Assembly (NCBI GenBank): GCA_965223665.1
Contig: OZ245011.1
Span: 3,776,001-3,840,000 of the forward strand
Length of the DNA: 64,000 bases
DNA from: Nitrospinaceae bacterium
GTDB taxonomy: Bacteria; Nitrospinota; Nitrospinia; Nitrospinales; Nitrospinaceae
Direction: 5' to 3'
Shown here one piece after another: positions 37,583-49,440 of this stretch. A model generated the notes under the pieces. It saw nothing but the letters and a program-made list of their open reading frames with translations. It was not told the DNA's origin and made no database searches. A program made the translations under genes and the position numbers. Every line of letters begins with the position of its first letter. Position 1 is the stretch's first letter.

Positions 37583-38029
37583 CTATTTATTTAGAAGTTC
37601 TGCGACCAAGCTTTTAATTAGGCTCCCGTCTGCTTTTCCCTTAAACTCCGGTATAACTATTTTCATAACCTTGCCAAGATCTTTGGGGCCTTCAGCGCCC
37701 GAATCTTTTATAGCTTGTAGAATTTTTACCCGTAATTCTTCTTCTCCAATTTGCTCAGGAAGATATTCCATTAAAATCGACATTTCTTGCTCTTCCTTGT
37801 CTTTAAGTTCTGGTCGGCCTCCTTGCTCATAAATAGCTGCAGCTTCTTTTCTCTTTTTTATTTGGGTTGTGAGGAGAGAAATTATTTCTTCATCGCTTAA
37901 GTCCTTACGAAGGTCAATTTCTCTATTTTTGATTTCGGAACTTACAAGTCGAAGGGTGGAAACCTTCAGGGAGTTTTTCTCTTTCATCGCTCCTTTTATG
38001 TCAGAAAGGAGTCTCTGTTTAAGTTCCAT
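37583..38029 (-). CDS. yqeY: GatB/YqeY domain protein
   Basis: IKGAMK, IKKRKEA, YLPEQ, KDLGKVM, GKADG. Confidence 0.9.
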   Translation of the reverse strand: MELKQRLLSDIKGAMKEKNSLKVSTLRLVSSEIKNREIDLRKDLSDEEIISLLTTQIKKRKEAAAIYEQGGRPELKDKEEQEMSILMEYLPEQIGEEELRVKILQAIKDSGAEGPKDLGKVMKIVIPEFKGKADGSLIKSLVAELLNK

Positions 38030-38291
38030 ATAAAAAAGACCAAATTGGAAATATACAAACCGAATATAAATTTGTCAATAGGCGGCTGAAATTTTCTATG
38101 TGTTTCTAATCAGAGTTTTATTTTTCTTCATTCCTGGCAAAAGTAATTGATTTACCGTAAATTAAAAATTCTCTTCGGATAATTGAAATACATTTTTTTT
38201 ATTAGGAAAAAATGCATATTGGGAATTTTATGACATTTGGTAGGAATCTTGAATAAAATAAATGGATTTTTTGAAAAAAAATTGAAGGAGG

Positions 38292-39965
38292 TTGGTTTTG
38301 AAACGGTTTTTGGTTGTTTTCGTGTTTTTAAAATTATTGGGTTCCGTAAATGTGGAGAGTATGGAAGGGGATAGGATCATTTTCCAAGCCATGGAGGAGG
38401 AAATGTCTCGATCTTTAAAACAACTCAAAGTGGATGTTTTTGATCCCCCTTATTTTATGAATTATCAAATTCGGCATCATGATCATGCAGAGGTAGCAGC
38501 TAGCTTCGGAGCTATTATTCGTTCTACTTTTACACCTAAAAGGACATTATTTGTTGATGTACGAGTAGGGGATGAAAAGTTTGATAGTTCAGTTCCTAAT
38601 AGTCATCGGTATCATATGGAACAATTTATTCCCATTGAAAATGATTTAGACAGTTTAAGGCGAGTTATTTGGTATGAAACCGATTTACGCTACAAGCAAG
38701 CAATAGTAAATTTCTTAAAAAAGAAAGGCAGGTTTATTAGCGGTGTTGATAGTCATTCACTACCAGACTTTTCAAGAGGGAAATCCCCTCAAATTCGATT
38801 AGACCCAATCCCCGACTGGAATTTGTCTCAGAAATCCCTAAAAGAATTGGTTCGGTCTATTTCAAGGGTTTTTCGAAAGGTTCCAGATATAGAAAAATCA
38901 CAAGTAAAATTTTTAGCTGACAGGGATATTCATTATTACTATGATTCTGATGGAAATAAAATTAGAGAGGCCAATATTTATTTTGGATTATTAATTAAAG
39001 CTTGGACCAAAACGGAGGAAGGTTCCCAAATCCATGATCAAAAGGCGTTTTACTTTTCCACTATTGATCAAATACCTTCCAAAAAGAAATTAATTAAGGC
39101 TGCAAATGAATTAATATCTTCTGTAAAAAAACTTAAACTTGCCCCGCGAATGGACCCATATGTTGGGCCTGCCATATTTAGCTCTGATGCCACGGCTGTT
39201 CTTTTTCATGAAGCAATTGGGCATCGATTAGAGGGGGATAGATTAAGAAACAAAAAGGACGGAAAAACTTTTTTAAAAAAAGTGGGAGAACAAATTTTAC
39301 CTGAGTTTATATCAATTAAGGACGATCCTACTATTAAAAACTTTGATGGTAAACCTTTACTTGGGCATTTTCATTATGATGATCAAGGTCAGGAAAGTGA
39401 AGAAGTTGTTCTCATTGATCACGGAAAATTGAAGGGTTTTTTGCTTTCCAGAACTCCCATTTTAGGATTTAGTAAAACCAATGGGCATGCCCGTGGGGAT
39501 GGTATTCACTTCCCAACTGCTCGAATGGGGAACTTTTTTGTTAGGTCAGAAAATACGGTTTCGGACAATTTATTAAAGAATAAGTTGATTGAGGAAGTAA
39601 TACGTCAAGGAAAACCCTATGGGTTAATCGTTAAAAAAATAGTAGGTGGGGAAACTCATACAGAAAGTGATTTTTTTCAAGTTTTTAAAGGGAAGCCATT
39701 GTATTTGGTAAAAGTATATCCGGATGGAAAAGAGGAAATGGTCCGGGGTGTTGACTTTGTAGGAACCCCCCTATCCATGATAAGTAAAATATTGGTTACT
39801 GGAAAAACTCTTTCTGTAGTGAACGGATTTTGTGCAGCTGAGTCCGGAAACTTGCCCGTTACAAGCATTACACCCAGTATTTTGTTAAGTGAGGTGGAGC
39901 TTCAGTCCTCAAATCAATCCACTGTATCTAAACCTATTTTACCGGCTCCATTAGTTGCAAATTAA
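38292..39965 (+). CDS. TldD/PmbA family metalloprotease with a signal-peptide-like N-terminus
   Basis: LFHEAIGHRLEG, DDPT, YDDQG, NGHARG, NGFCAAESG. Confidence 0.85.
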   Translation: MVLKRFLVVFVFLKLLGSVNVESMEGDRIIFQAMEEEMSRSLKQLKVDVFDPPYFMNYQIRHHDHAEVAASFGAIIRSTFTPKRTLFVDVRVGDEKFDSSVPNSHRYHMEQFIPIENDLDSLRRVIWYETDLRYKQAIVNFLKKKGRFISGVDSHSLPDFSRGKSPQIRLDPIPDWNLSQKSLKELVRSISRVFRKVPDIEKSQVKFLADRDIHYYYDSDGNKIREANIYFGLLIKAWTKTEEGSQIHDQKAFYFSTIDQIPSKKKLIKAANELISSVKKLKLAPRMDPYVGPAIFSSDATAVLFHEAIGHRLEGDRLRNKKDGKTFLKKVGEQILPEFISIKDDPTIKNFDGKPLLGHFHYDDQGQESEEVVLIDHGKLKGFLLSRTPILGFSKTNGHARGDGIHFPTARMGNFFVRSENTVSDNLLKNKLIEEVIRQGKPYGLIVKKIVGGETHTESDFFQVFKGKPLYLVKVYPDGKEEMVRGVDFVGTPLSMISKILVTGKTLSVVNGFCAAESGNLPVTSITPSILLSEVELQSSNQSTVSKPILPAPLVAN

Positions 39966-39980
39966 AAAATTTGCTTAAAA

Positions 39981-40004
39981 CGGTCAGGTATAATTCCCTG
40001 ACCG
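39981..40004. terminator. Hairpin between convergent genes
   Basis: cggtcagg-tataattc-cctgaccg. Confidence 0.6.
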
Positions 40005-40080
40005 CTTCATTTTATTTGTCATTACACTTCTATTTTTTGGTTTTTTAATATCTCCTCAACACCCGTTATTCAATTTTTAA

Positions 40081-40482
40081 TTATTTGCAATGAACTTTGA
40101 GATTTGAAGAACCCATGGTTGTATTTATTATTCTGGCTTCATCTACCTTATTTCCCTGGCTTGCTCCAGTTGCAAAAATGGATCGATCCTCTAAATTATA
40201 TGAAAGCTTTCCTCCTGCTGGAATCATGTCTCTATCATAATTATCACCATTACCACGAATAATTTGGACTTCGGCCATATCCTCTCCTAAGTTCTCGACT
40301 GAGAAGTTTTTATTGCAATAAGTTGTAGTCCCGGGGGCTAAAAGCGCCTCATCATTTTTTAAAGTTTCCACGAACCACGGTTCTACGGTAACATCTTCAG
40401 ACCAACTGAAATTAACGTTAAACATCATTGTTACAAGAAAAATGGCTAGAGCCATTAATGAAATTATTTTTAAGCTTTTCAT
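40081..40482 (-). CDS. Small secreted hypothetical protein
   Basis: GGAG SD; signal peptide; beta-rich mature part with two Cys. Confidence 0.8.
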   Translation of the reverse strand: MKSLKIISLMALAIFLVTMMFNVNFSWSEDVTVEPWFVETLKNDEALLAPGTTTYCNKNFSVENLGEDMAEVQIIRGNGDNYDRDMIPAGGKLSYNLEDRSIFATGASQGNKVDEARIINTTMGSSNLKVHCK

Positions 40483-40579
40483 AGTAATCTCCCTAATTTA
40501 TTCCAGTGTTTTCGAAACGGTAGGGTTGTCTTTTAAGGTTTAAATAGTGTGAGACTTCCCTTACAACTTCATTGGGAGT

Positions 40580-40596
40580 TACAAAAGAAATGCCAA
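40580..40596 (-). promoter_or_regulatory. Candidate sigma54 (-24/-12) promoter
   Basis: TTGGCATTTCTTTTGTA gives GG-N10-GT (GT instead of GC at -12), next to a divergent GAFTGA activator. Confidence 0.6.
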
Positions 40597-40827
40597 AGGT
40601 GATAATTTGATAACTTATTGAATTTAAATGTTTTAATTGATTTTCGGTTTCTGGGAAAATTTATGCAATTGGCTGATTTTAGCTGCTTTTTTGTGGATTA
40701 AGCTTAACTATCTCAATTATTGGAATTGTTTGTAGTGGTGAATTTATACCATTTGGCTAATTTCTGCCGCAGGTAAAAACCCAAAGGCCTATATTTAATG
40801 TTGGAGGAGCCAAGTTGAAATTGAAAA

Positions 40828-42237
40828 ATGAAGTATGACCTTGGTTATGTACTTGATTGTGCATTAGACGGTATTTTTATTGTAGCGAATGACCACCGCT
40901 TGGTTCTATTTAATCGAGCCTGCGAAGAACTTTATGACATTTCAAGAGAAGATGTAATTCAAAATGCGTGTTGGAAACTTTCCGATTTTAAAAGTTCTTG
41001 GGAAGAAATTTCTCGAAAAAGTGGAAAAATTACTTACGGTGAATTGGCTTCCAAAAAGGAGCGAATGACGCTTTTACATAAGAATGGAAAAAAGGTTTGG
41101 ACAGAAACTACCTATACGCCTATTTTTGACGAATCAACAGGGGACATGGCTTATGTAATGGGAGTTATAAAAGATATCACCGAATTAAAAAGAATAGAGG
41201 ATGAAAAAGAACAGCTACAGATAGAAATTGATAAAATACGAAAGGACTTAGAGGAAAAATATGACTTTTCCAGCATTGTGGGGCGATCTCCAGAAATTTT
41301 ACAAGCTTTAAAACTTGCCGCTCAAGTGGCTCAAGAAAATACAACCATTATTTTGTTAGGTGAAAGCGGTACAGGCAAGGAGCTTCTGGCTAAGGCAATT
41401 CATTATAATAGTTCTCGTTCTAGTAAACCTTTCATTGCGGTTAATTGTTCTGCTTTCCCAGATACTTTGATTGAAAGCGAGTTGTTCGGTTATGAAAAAG
41501 GAGCATTCACCGGGGCAGATAAATCTAAACCGGGAAAAATTGGATTGGCTTCAGGAGGAACTCTTTTTTTAGATGAAATCGCAGAGATGAGTCCCCCAGC
41601 TCAAGCAAAAATTTTGCGAGTCATTCAAGAGCGAGAGTATGAGTCCATTGGTTCCGTAACTGCAAAAACTGCAGATATTCGAATCATAACTGCTACAAAC
41701 AAAAACTTAGAGGAAGCAGTAGCTAAAGGGGCTTTTCGGCAGGATTTATTTTATCGTTTATTTGTGTTTCCTATTGTTTTGCCTTCTCTTCGTGATCGCA
41801 TTGAAGATATTCCAGTCTTGGTTGAAATGATGCTTGCGAGATTCAATCATAAAATGGCCAAACAGGTAAAAGGAATTTCAAATCCTGCAATGTCAATACT
41901 AACCAATTATCATTGGCCGGGTAATGTTAGGGAATTACAGAATGTAATTGAACGATTGATGATATTGTCACAGGGGGAAATTATTAATGTTTCTGATTTG
42001 CCAAATTATTTGATAACCCAACAGCAAGGATCGAAACATTCTATAGATAGGGGAATTTTAGAAAAAGGATTTTCCATGGAAGAATATATTGAAAAAATCG
42101 AAAGTAGACTTATCTTGCAAGCTTTAGAAAAATGTAAGCAAAATAAAACTAAAGCCGCTGAAGTTTTGGGAATTTCTCGCTCCACCCTTCGTTATAAAAT
42201 TTCTCACATGTCTTTTCAGGGAGTCATAAAAAACTGA
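40828..42237 (+). CDS. PAS-domain sigma54-dependent enhancer-binding protein (Fis-type HTH)
   Basis: N-terminal PAS; GESGTGKE, ELFGYEKGAFTGA, LFLDEI, WPGNVRELQN, NKTKAAEVLGISRSTL. Confidence 0.95.
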   Translation: MKYDLGYVLDCALDGIFIVANDHRLVLFNRACEELYDISREDVIQNACWKLSDFKSSWEEISRKSGKITYGELASKKERMTLLHKNGKKVWTETTYTPIFDESTGDMAYVMGVIKDITELKRIEDEKEQLQIEIDKIRKDLEEKYDFSSIVGRSPEILQALKLAAQVAQENTTIILLGESGTGKELLAKAIHYNSSRSSKPFIAVNCSAFPDTLIESELFGYEKGAFTGADKSKPGKIGLASGGTLFLDEIAEMSPPAQAKILRVIQEREYESIGSVTAKTADIRIITATNKNLEEAVAKGAFRQDLFYRLFVFPIVLPSLRDRIEDIPVLVEMMLARFNHKMAKQVKGISNPAMSILTNYHWPGNVRELQNVIERLMILSQGEIINVSDLPNYLITQQQGSKHSIDRGILEKGFSMEEYIEKIESRLILQALEKCKQNKTKAAEVLGISRSTLRYKISHMSFQGVIKN

Positions 42238-42273
42238 ATTTAGTATTTAAGGGTCTTTATTTGTGATTTTGAG

Positions 42274-43467
42274 TTAACCTTGATAATCAGGAATCAAATA
42301 ATTTTCTCTAAGGATTTTAAATTCTGCCAGCTCATTTTCCCAAGTCGATTCTATGTTACTTACCATAGAGCTTTCGGCCACCCATTTTTCTCTGAAATCG
42401 GAGTTTCCATAAAGTAGGTCAATAGCCAATCTGTCATTTACAAATTCATAAGGCTCAGTTCGCCATTTAAAGGTTGTGGGAAATAGTTGAAAGGCTTTGC
42501 TAATAATAGTTAATCCAGTGAGGACAGGTTTGAACAAGTTGCGATCAATTAAATGAAGTTGAACTCCACCACATATTTGGCCAGCCCATTTCTGAAATGT
42601 AGGTTTGAAAAAGTGGGGGACAAAAATTATCCCTGGGAGGTTTTCAGAATTTAATGCCTCGGCTAATGTTTTCGGGTCCATTCCCGGGTCACCACATTGT
42701 AAAAATGGCATGGTGGTTCCTCTTCCTTCTGAAGATTGGGTTCCTTCAAAAAAACACATTCCAGGATAAACAATCGCAGTTTCTAAGGTAGGCATGTTTG
42801 GCGAGGGAGCCACCCAAAGTAAACCGGTTTCGTCATACCACATGGAACGTCGCCATCCCTTCATCGGAATGACTTTTAGATCACTACCAATTTTAAAATG
42901 GTCGTTAAACATTAAAGCCAATTCACCGGAGGTCATTCCGTGCCTATTTGGTAATGGGTATTGTCCAACAAACGAAAACCAATTTTTCTGAACAATATTT
43001 CCCTCTACTTGTTTTCCGTTAATGGGATTTGGGCGATCACAAATAATGATAGGGACCCCAGCTTCCCTGCAGGCTTCCATGCAATAAGCCATCGTATAAA
43101 TAAAGGTGTAATATCGAGATCCAATATCTTGTATATCAAATATTAGGGTATCAATATCCTTAAATAAGTTTGGATCAGGTTTAAGGGAATTCTCATCCTT
43201 GCCATAAAGACTATAAACAGGAACACCGGTGAGGGGGTCTTTACTGTCCTCAACTTCTTTCATGTCTTGGTCAACTCCATATAGACCATGTTCAGGAGAA
43301 AAAAGTTTAATTAAATTATACTCAGGATGCTGGTGGAAAAGCTGAAGGGAATGGGTTCCGTTTTTGGCCAAACTCGTGTGGTTGACGACTAAGGCGATAC
43401 GGTTACCATTTAGAAAGTCCTTGGGATTCTTTAGAAGAACATCAAGTCCAGAAAATACAGTTTTCAC
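42274..43467 (-). CDS. namZ: Exo-beta-N-acetylmuramidase NamZ (DUF1343) family
   Basis: LFSPEHG, FDIQDIGSRYYTFI, DRPNPING, RHGMTSGE, PSPNMP, SEGRGTT. Confidence 0.88.
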   Translation of the reverse strand: MKTVFSGLDVLLKNPKDFLNGNRIALVVNHTSLAKNGTHSLQLFHQHPEYNLIKLFSPEHGLYGVDQDMKEVEDSKDPLTGVPVYSLYGKDENSLKPDPNLFKDIDTLIFDIQDIGSRYYTFIYTMAYCMEACREAGVPIIICDRPNPINGKQVEGNIVQKNWFSFVGQYPLPNRHGMTSGELALMFNDHFKIGSDLKVIPMKGWRRSMWYDETGLLWVAPSPNMPTLETAIVYPGMCFFEGTQSSEGRGTTMPFLQCGDPGMDPKTLAEALNSENLPGIIFVPHFFKPTFQKWAGQICGGVQLHLIDRNLFKPVLTGLTIISKAFQLFPTTFKWRTEPYEFVNDRLAIDLLYGNSDFREKWVAESSMVSNIESTWENELAEFKILRENYLIPDYQG

Positions 43468-43489
43468 GGAGGGCTCAAAAAAGTATAGA

Positions 43490-44716
43490 TTAGGGAAATT
43501 TATAACCTTTATGAATTACTATGATGTTAGATTCTTTATCGACATGAAATCTTTTTCTATCATCTTCTGGATTATAACCGATTTCTGTTCCAGGAGGAAC
43601 GGTCACATCTTTGTCAATAATGGCCATATTTATTTTGCAGTTAGAGCCTATATGAACTTTATCCATAATAATCGAATTAATGATGGCCGCACCACTGTCG
43701 ATAAATACTCCTTGTCCAACAACAGAGTCTTGTACGACTCCACCGCTTATTATACTGCCTTCTGAAACCAGGCTATTAATAGCTTGACCTCTGCGTCCGT
43801 CTTGATTAAATACAAACTTCGCTGGTGGAAGGCCTAAGGAAACAGTTTTTATAGGCCATTTTCGATTATAAAGATTAAATGTTGGGGATACATTGCGAAG
43901 ATCCATATGTGCTTCCCAATAACTGCCTAAAGTTCCAACATCTCTCCAATAACCAATTTCTTTTTCGGTAATTCCCGGAACTTTATTTTCAGCAAAATTA
44001 TAAGCAAATACACGCCGGTCTTTATAAAGGGAAGGAAGGATGTCTTTTCCAAAATCATGAGAAGAGGATTCGTTTTGTGCATCTTCCTTTAATATTTGTG
44101 TTAAAAAACGGGTATTAAAAATATAATTTCCCATGGAAGCATAAGCCTGATCCGGGTTTCCAGGTATTGATTTGGGTTGTTTTGGCTTCTCTTGAAAACC
44201 AATGACTCTATCTGTTGCATCGACTTGGATGACACCCAGTTGATGAGCATCATCTAAGGGAACAGGGATTGCTGAAATAGTAACATCCGCTTCATTTTCC
44301 AAATGGGATTTAACCATTTGTTCAATATCCATTTTATAGATATGATCGGCTCCAAATATTGCGACAACATCGTAATCTCGGTCTTCTATTAAATTAATAT
44401 TTTGATAGATGGCATCGGCGGTGCCTTGATACCAGCTTTCGCCGGTGCGCTTTTGGGCAGGAACTGGGAGGATGAAGTGGTCCTGTAAAATAGAGCTAAA
44501 CCTCCAACCTTCTTGTAAATGTTCTGTTAAAGATTGAGATTTAAATTGTGTCAAAACATAAATGGAAAAAATTTTAGAATTTACGAAATTGCTAAGAACA
44601 AAATCTATAAGTCGATACTTTCCCCCAAAAGGAACTGCCGGTTTAGCGCGATCCATCGTTAAAGGATAGAGGCGGCTTCCTTCACCACCTGCCATAATCA
44701 TACCTAGTATATTCAT
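43490..44716 (-). CDS. glgC: Glucose-1-phosphate adenylyltransferase
   Basis: AGGEGSRLYPLT..RAKPAVPFGGKYRLIDF, WYQGTADA, FQEKP, DFGKD, YWRDVGT. Confidence 0.97.
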   Translation of the reverse strand: MNILGMIMAGGEGSRLYPLTMDRAKPAVPFGGKYRLIDFVLSNFVNSKIFSIYVLTQFKSQSLTEHLQEGWRFSSILQDHFILPVPAQKRTGESWYQGTADAIYQNINLIEDRDYDVVAIFGADHIYKMDIEQMVKSHLENEADVTISAIPVPLDDAHQLGVIQVDATDRVIGFQEKPKQPKSIPGNPDQAYASMGNYIFNTRFLTQILKEDAQNESSSHDFGKDILPSLYKDRRVFAYNFAENKVPGITEKEIGYWRDVGTLGSYWEAHMDLRNVSPTFNLYNRKWPIKTVSLGLPPAKFVFNQDGRRGQAINSLVSEGSIISGGVVQDSVVGQGVFIDSGAAIINSIIMDKVHIGSNCKINMAIIDKDVTVPPGTEIGYNPEDDRKRFHVDKESNIIVIHKGYKFP

Positions 44717-44985
44717 AATATTGGTTGAGGCTTAATTAGGGAATAATTGAAGAGATAGCCTTTTATGATCGCATATTTTTTACAAACCTTAAACCGTTAT
44801 TCTGGTTTAAATGGCAATTTGTTAAATTAATCAATGATTAAGTAGTCTAATTCAATTTTTTATAGATAGACAAAACTTTCATATTTTGTAGGACCTAAAA
44901 ACTTGCTCCAAATTTTTTCAGGAAAAAATCCATAAATTAGTATGCTACAATCAGAATTTTAAACTCCGATTACCTTTCCAAAAGC

Positions 44986-45714
44986 ATGCACTCTTTTCAG
45001 AAAATAGTATTATTTTCTTTTATGGTAATTTTATTATTTTTTGATTATGGTTGGACAAGTGTAACTGAATTGGATTCGAATTTTGATGGTAAGGTGGATC
45101 AGTGGCAATATTATGATTCCAATGGAAAGTTGGAAAAAGTAGACTTTGACAACAACCAGGACGGTGTCATTGAACAACGAGTTTATTATTCAGAAGGGAA
45201 AATTCAGACTCGGGCAGAGTTTGATGTTGATGCAGATGGAAAAATCGACCAAGCGCAGCATTATATGGTAAATGGCAAGTTATCAAAAATTGAGAAGGAC
45301 AGAAATAAGGATGGCAATTTTGATTCCACTGAATTTTTTAATGAACAGGGTTCAACTGTTAAAGTGGAATTAGATGATAACTATGATGGAAACATTGACG
45401 TTTGGCAGTTTTTTAATAAAAACGAAAAAGTTGAACGTGCAGAGTATGATACAGATTTTAATGGGTCCGTTGATCGTTGGGATCATTTTGGAGCCAACTC
45501 TAAGTTAGAGAAGATGGCCTTTGATACAGATGGCAACCAAAAAGCAGACCACTGGCAGTATTTAGATGATCAGGAAAAGATAAAACGCGCTGAGTTTGAT
45601 ACCAATGGGGATGGAAAAACGGATCAATGGGAACATTATTCGAATGGAAAGGTTAATCGAATTGAGAAAGATCAAAATTTTGATGGCATGCCCGATTTAA
45701 TTGAAAAGAAATAA
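44986..45714 (+). CDS. Secreted protein with nine Dx(D/N)xDG repeats of about 25 aa
   Basis: Signal peptide; repeats such as DSNFDGKVDQW, DTNGDGKTDQW and DQNFDGMPD. Confidence 0.8.
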   Translation: MHSFQKIVLFSFMVILLFFDYGWTSVTELDSNFDGKVDQWQYYDSNGKLEKVDFDNNQDGVIEQRVYYSEGKIQTRAEFDVDADGKIDQAQHYMVNGKLSKIEKDRNKDGNFDSTEFFNEQGSTVKVELDDNYDGNIDVWQFFNKNEKVERAEYDTDFNGSVDRWDHFGANSKLEKMAFDTDGNQKADHWQYLDDQEKIKRAEFDTNGDGKTDQWEHYSNGKVNRIEKDQNFDGMPDLIEKK

Positions 45715-45752
45715 TTATTCTTTTAACTATTGGTTAATTTAGGTACTGAACT

Positions 45753-46895
45753 CTAATTTAAATTTTTCTTCTTTTTATTTTTAAAGTAGTCACTAAATAG
45801 AGGAAAACTTTCTCTCCAGGTAAAATTCAAAGCATAGATTTGAACAAATTCGCCAACAATAAATTGACCCCTAAAATCAAATGTAAGAGAAACTCCTTCT
45901 GCGAGTTCCCATGTTTTGACTATCCCGGCTTCTTCAAAATGGTTGGATTTGTAAAACGGATCCCCTTTTGCTAAAGGAATACCGGGCATAGTAATGTCTC
46001 CACGTGGGGAATTAAATGTTTGGCTCCCTCCTTGCCACATTAAAAAATAAAAATAAGTGTCCCAAAGAGTTGCAAAAAAACGAGCTGAAATTCCTTCGTC
46101 ATCAACCTGAGGTAAAGCCGGAGGATCATCACTATTGTAAAGGTAATGGACGGTAAACCCAATTTCATCAAGAATTCCGGCTCCTCCCACGTTGTAAGGG
46201 TGAAAGGTATAACCAGTACCAGCCCCTAGACTCAGGTTATTAAACACTCCAGGTCCAGTATTTTTTTGTCCTCCAAGATGAACCCAATAAAGCTGTCCCT
46301 CCAGCATGAAGCCATTAAACTTTATTCGTGTAACATCGCCAACAGAGAACTTTTCCCTTCGACCCGGAGTTTCTCTCTCCTCCCAACTGATCCAAAGATC
46401 TTGAAGTATATGTTTGGTGTTTCCTTTAATTTGGAAGCCTTGCTCAATAGGTTCCAGGTAACGTAGGTTGTCATTAAAAAATGCATCATGTAGAGGATGA
46501 TTTCTATCTATGGTCCCACCGGTGATTAACCAACCAGGAAAAAAAGCATAATGAATGGAAATAATGGGGTCGGCGGAATCAATTCTATCATCATCACCAA
46601 AAGGATTATCTAAAAGAGCTCCCACCTCCACTTGAAGTCCTTTTTTAAAACTATAACGAAGATAAATTTTGGCGATGTTCCCTGTAATGGTAAACCCTTC
46701 ATTTATGACGTCTATTTTGGTGTGCTCCTGGTTATAAAAAAAGGTTTGGTTATCTACGATTAATTTTAAAGGAGAGTCAGCAGATACAGTCTGAACTGAA
46801 GAAATTAAAAAGATTGCGCTGAAAAATATTAATCTTGAAATAATTTTCTGAAAGTGTGAACTGATTTGAGATTTTGAAAAGAAAATGATTTTCAA
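45753..46895 (-). CDS. Putative outer-membrane beta-barrel protein
   Basis: Signal peptide ending VSA; alternating aromatic/hydrophobic beta-strand pattern throughout. Confidence 0.6.
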   Translation of the reverse strand: MKIIFFSKSQISSHFQKIISRLIFFSAIFLISSVQTVSADSPLKLIVDNQTFFYNQEHTKIDVINEGFTITGNIAKIYLRYSFKKGLQVEVGALLDNPFGDDDRIDSADPIISIHYAFFPGWLITGGTIDRNHPLHDAFFNDNLRYLEPIEQGFQIKGNTKHILQDLWISWEERETPGRREKFSVGDVTRIKFNGFMLEGQLYWVHLGGQKNTGPGVFNNLSLGAGTGYTFHPYNVGGAGILDEIGFTVHYLYNSDDPPALPQVDDEGISARFFATLWDTYFYFLMWQGGSQTFNSPRGDITMPGIPLAKGDPFYKSNHFEEAGIVKTWELAEGVSLTFDFRGQFIVGEFVQIYALNFTWRESFPLFSDYFKNKKKKNLN

Positions 46896-47165
46896 AAGAT
46901 TTATTTAGTTAGCAAATGTAATTGGTAGGATCAAATATCGGAGCACAATAACTAATGGACCTAATTCCAATATAAGGGAGAAAAATGATTCAAGCAAATG
47001 GCTTTTTCTAAAAAAAGCCTCTCTCCAGCGCGGTCAAAAAAAATTACCCCTAAAATTAGGGTTTGTATAAATGATTGATTTTAAAAGTATTGTAGGCAGT
47101 TTTATTATAAAGTCAATTCTTTTTTTGAATTAATTTGAAGAATTTTAATATTGGGTTTAAAAGGC

Positions 47166-47196
47166 AAAAAAAACCCGGTCCCAAAGGACCGGGTTT
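47166..47196 (-). terminator. groEL intrinsic terminator
   Basis: aaacccggtcc-caaa-ggaccgggttt with an A-run on the left. Confidence 0.9.
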
Positions 47197-47217
47197 GAAA
47201 TACGGGAAGGGGTGAAC

Positions 47218-48882
<1,665 letters not shown>

Positions 48883-48927
48883 TTATATTCACTCCTAATT
48901 AAAGATTTAGTTTACTGGGAATTACTT

Positions 48928-49215
48928 TTATTCAACGATTCCTAAAATGTCGTCTTCTCGCATTAAAAGGTAATCTTCTCCTTCGATTTTGATTTCAGTA
49001 CCGCCATATTTGCTGTAAAGAACTTTGTCTCCAACTTTGACGTCAGGCTTAACGCGTTTGCCGTCATCACCTACTTTTCCTTGGCCTACGGCCTTCACGC
49101 GGCCTTCAATGGGTTTTTCTTTGGCGGAATCAGGAATAATGATGCCCCCCTTACGGACTTCTTTTTCCCGAATAGGTTGAACCAAAATACGATCTTGCAA
49201 AGGACGAATATTCAT
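48928..49215 (-). CDS. groES: Co-chaperonin GroES
   Basis: [31 protein letters not shown]. Confidence 0.99.
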   Translation of the reverse strand: MNIRPLQDRILVQPIREKEVRKGGIIIPDSAKEKPIEGRVKAVGQGKVGDDGKRVKPDVKVGDKVLYSKYGGTEIKIEGEDYLLMREDDILGIVE

Positions 49216-49337
49216 AGCTTCTCCTCAAAAAATTGGTTTTTTGTTAATATTTATAAAAATAACCACAATAGGGTTTGGAAATTATTGAAAAACTCCGAAA
49301 ATACGGAATAATGGGTTTTAAAATGAAAAATCAATTT

Positions 49338-49364
49338 TTAGCACTCAGGAAACACGAGTGCTAA
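49338..49364. promoter_or_regulatory. CIRCE element (HrcA operator)
   Basis: Perfect TTAGCACTC-N9-GAGTGCTAA upstream of groES. A minus-strand TTGCCA (49395-49390) and TATATA promoter lies just upstream. Confidence 0.97.
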
Positions 49365-49440
49365 GTATATATAAGACTCATTTTTTAAATGGCAAGGTTC
49401 GGATACAAAAAAATCAAAAAAAAGTGAAAAAAAACAACTT

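Noticed and set aside
44789-44841. Two short palindromes between glgC and the DxDxDG gene
   Set aside because: Almost all A/T, expected by chance, and no matching copies were noticed.
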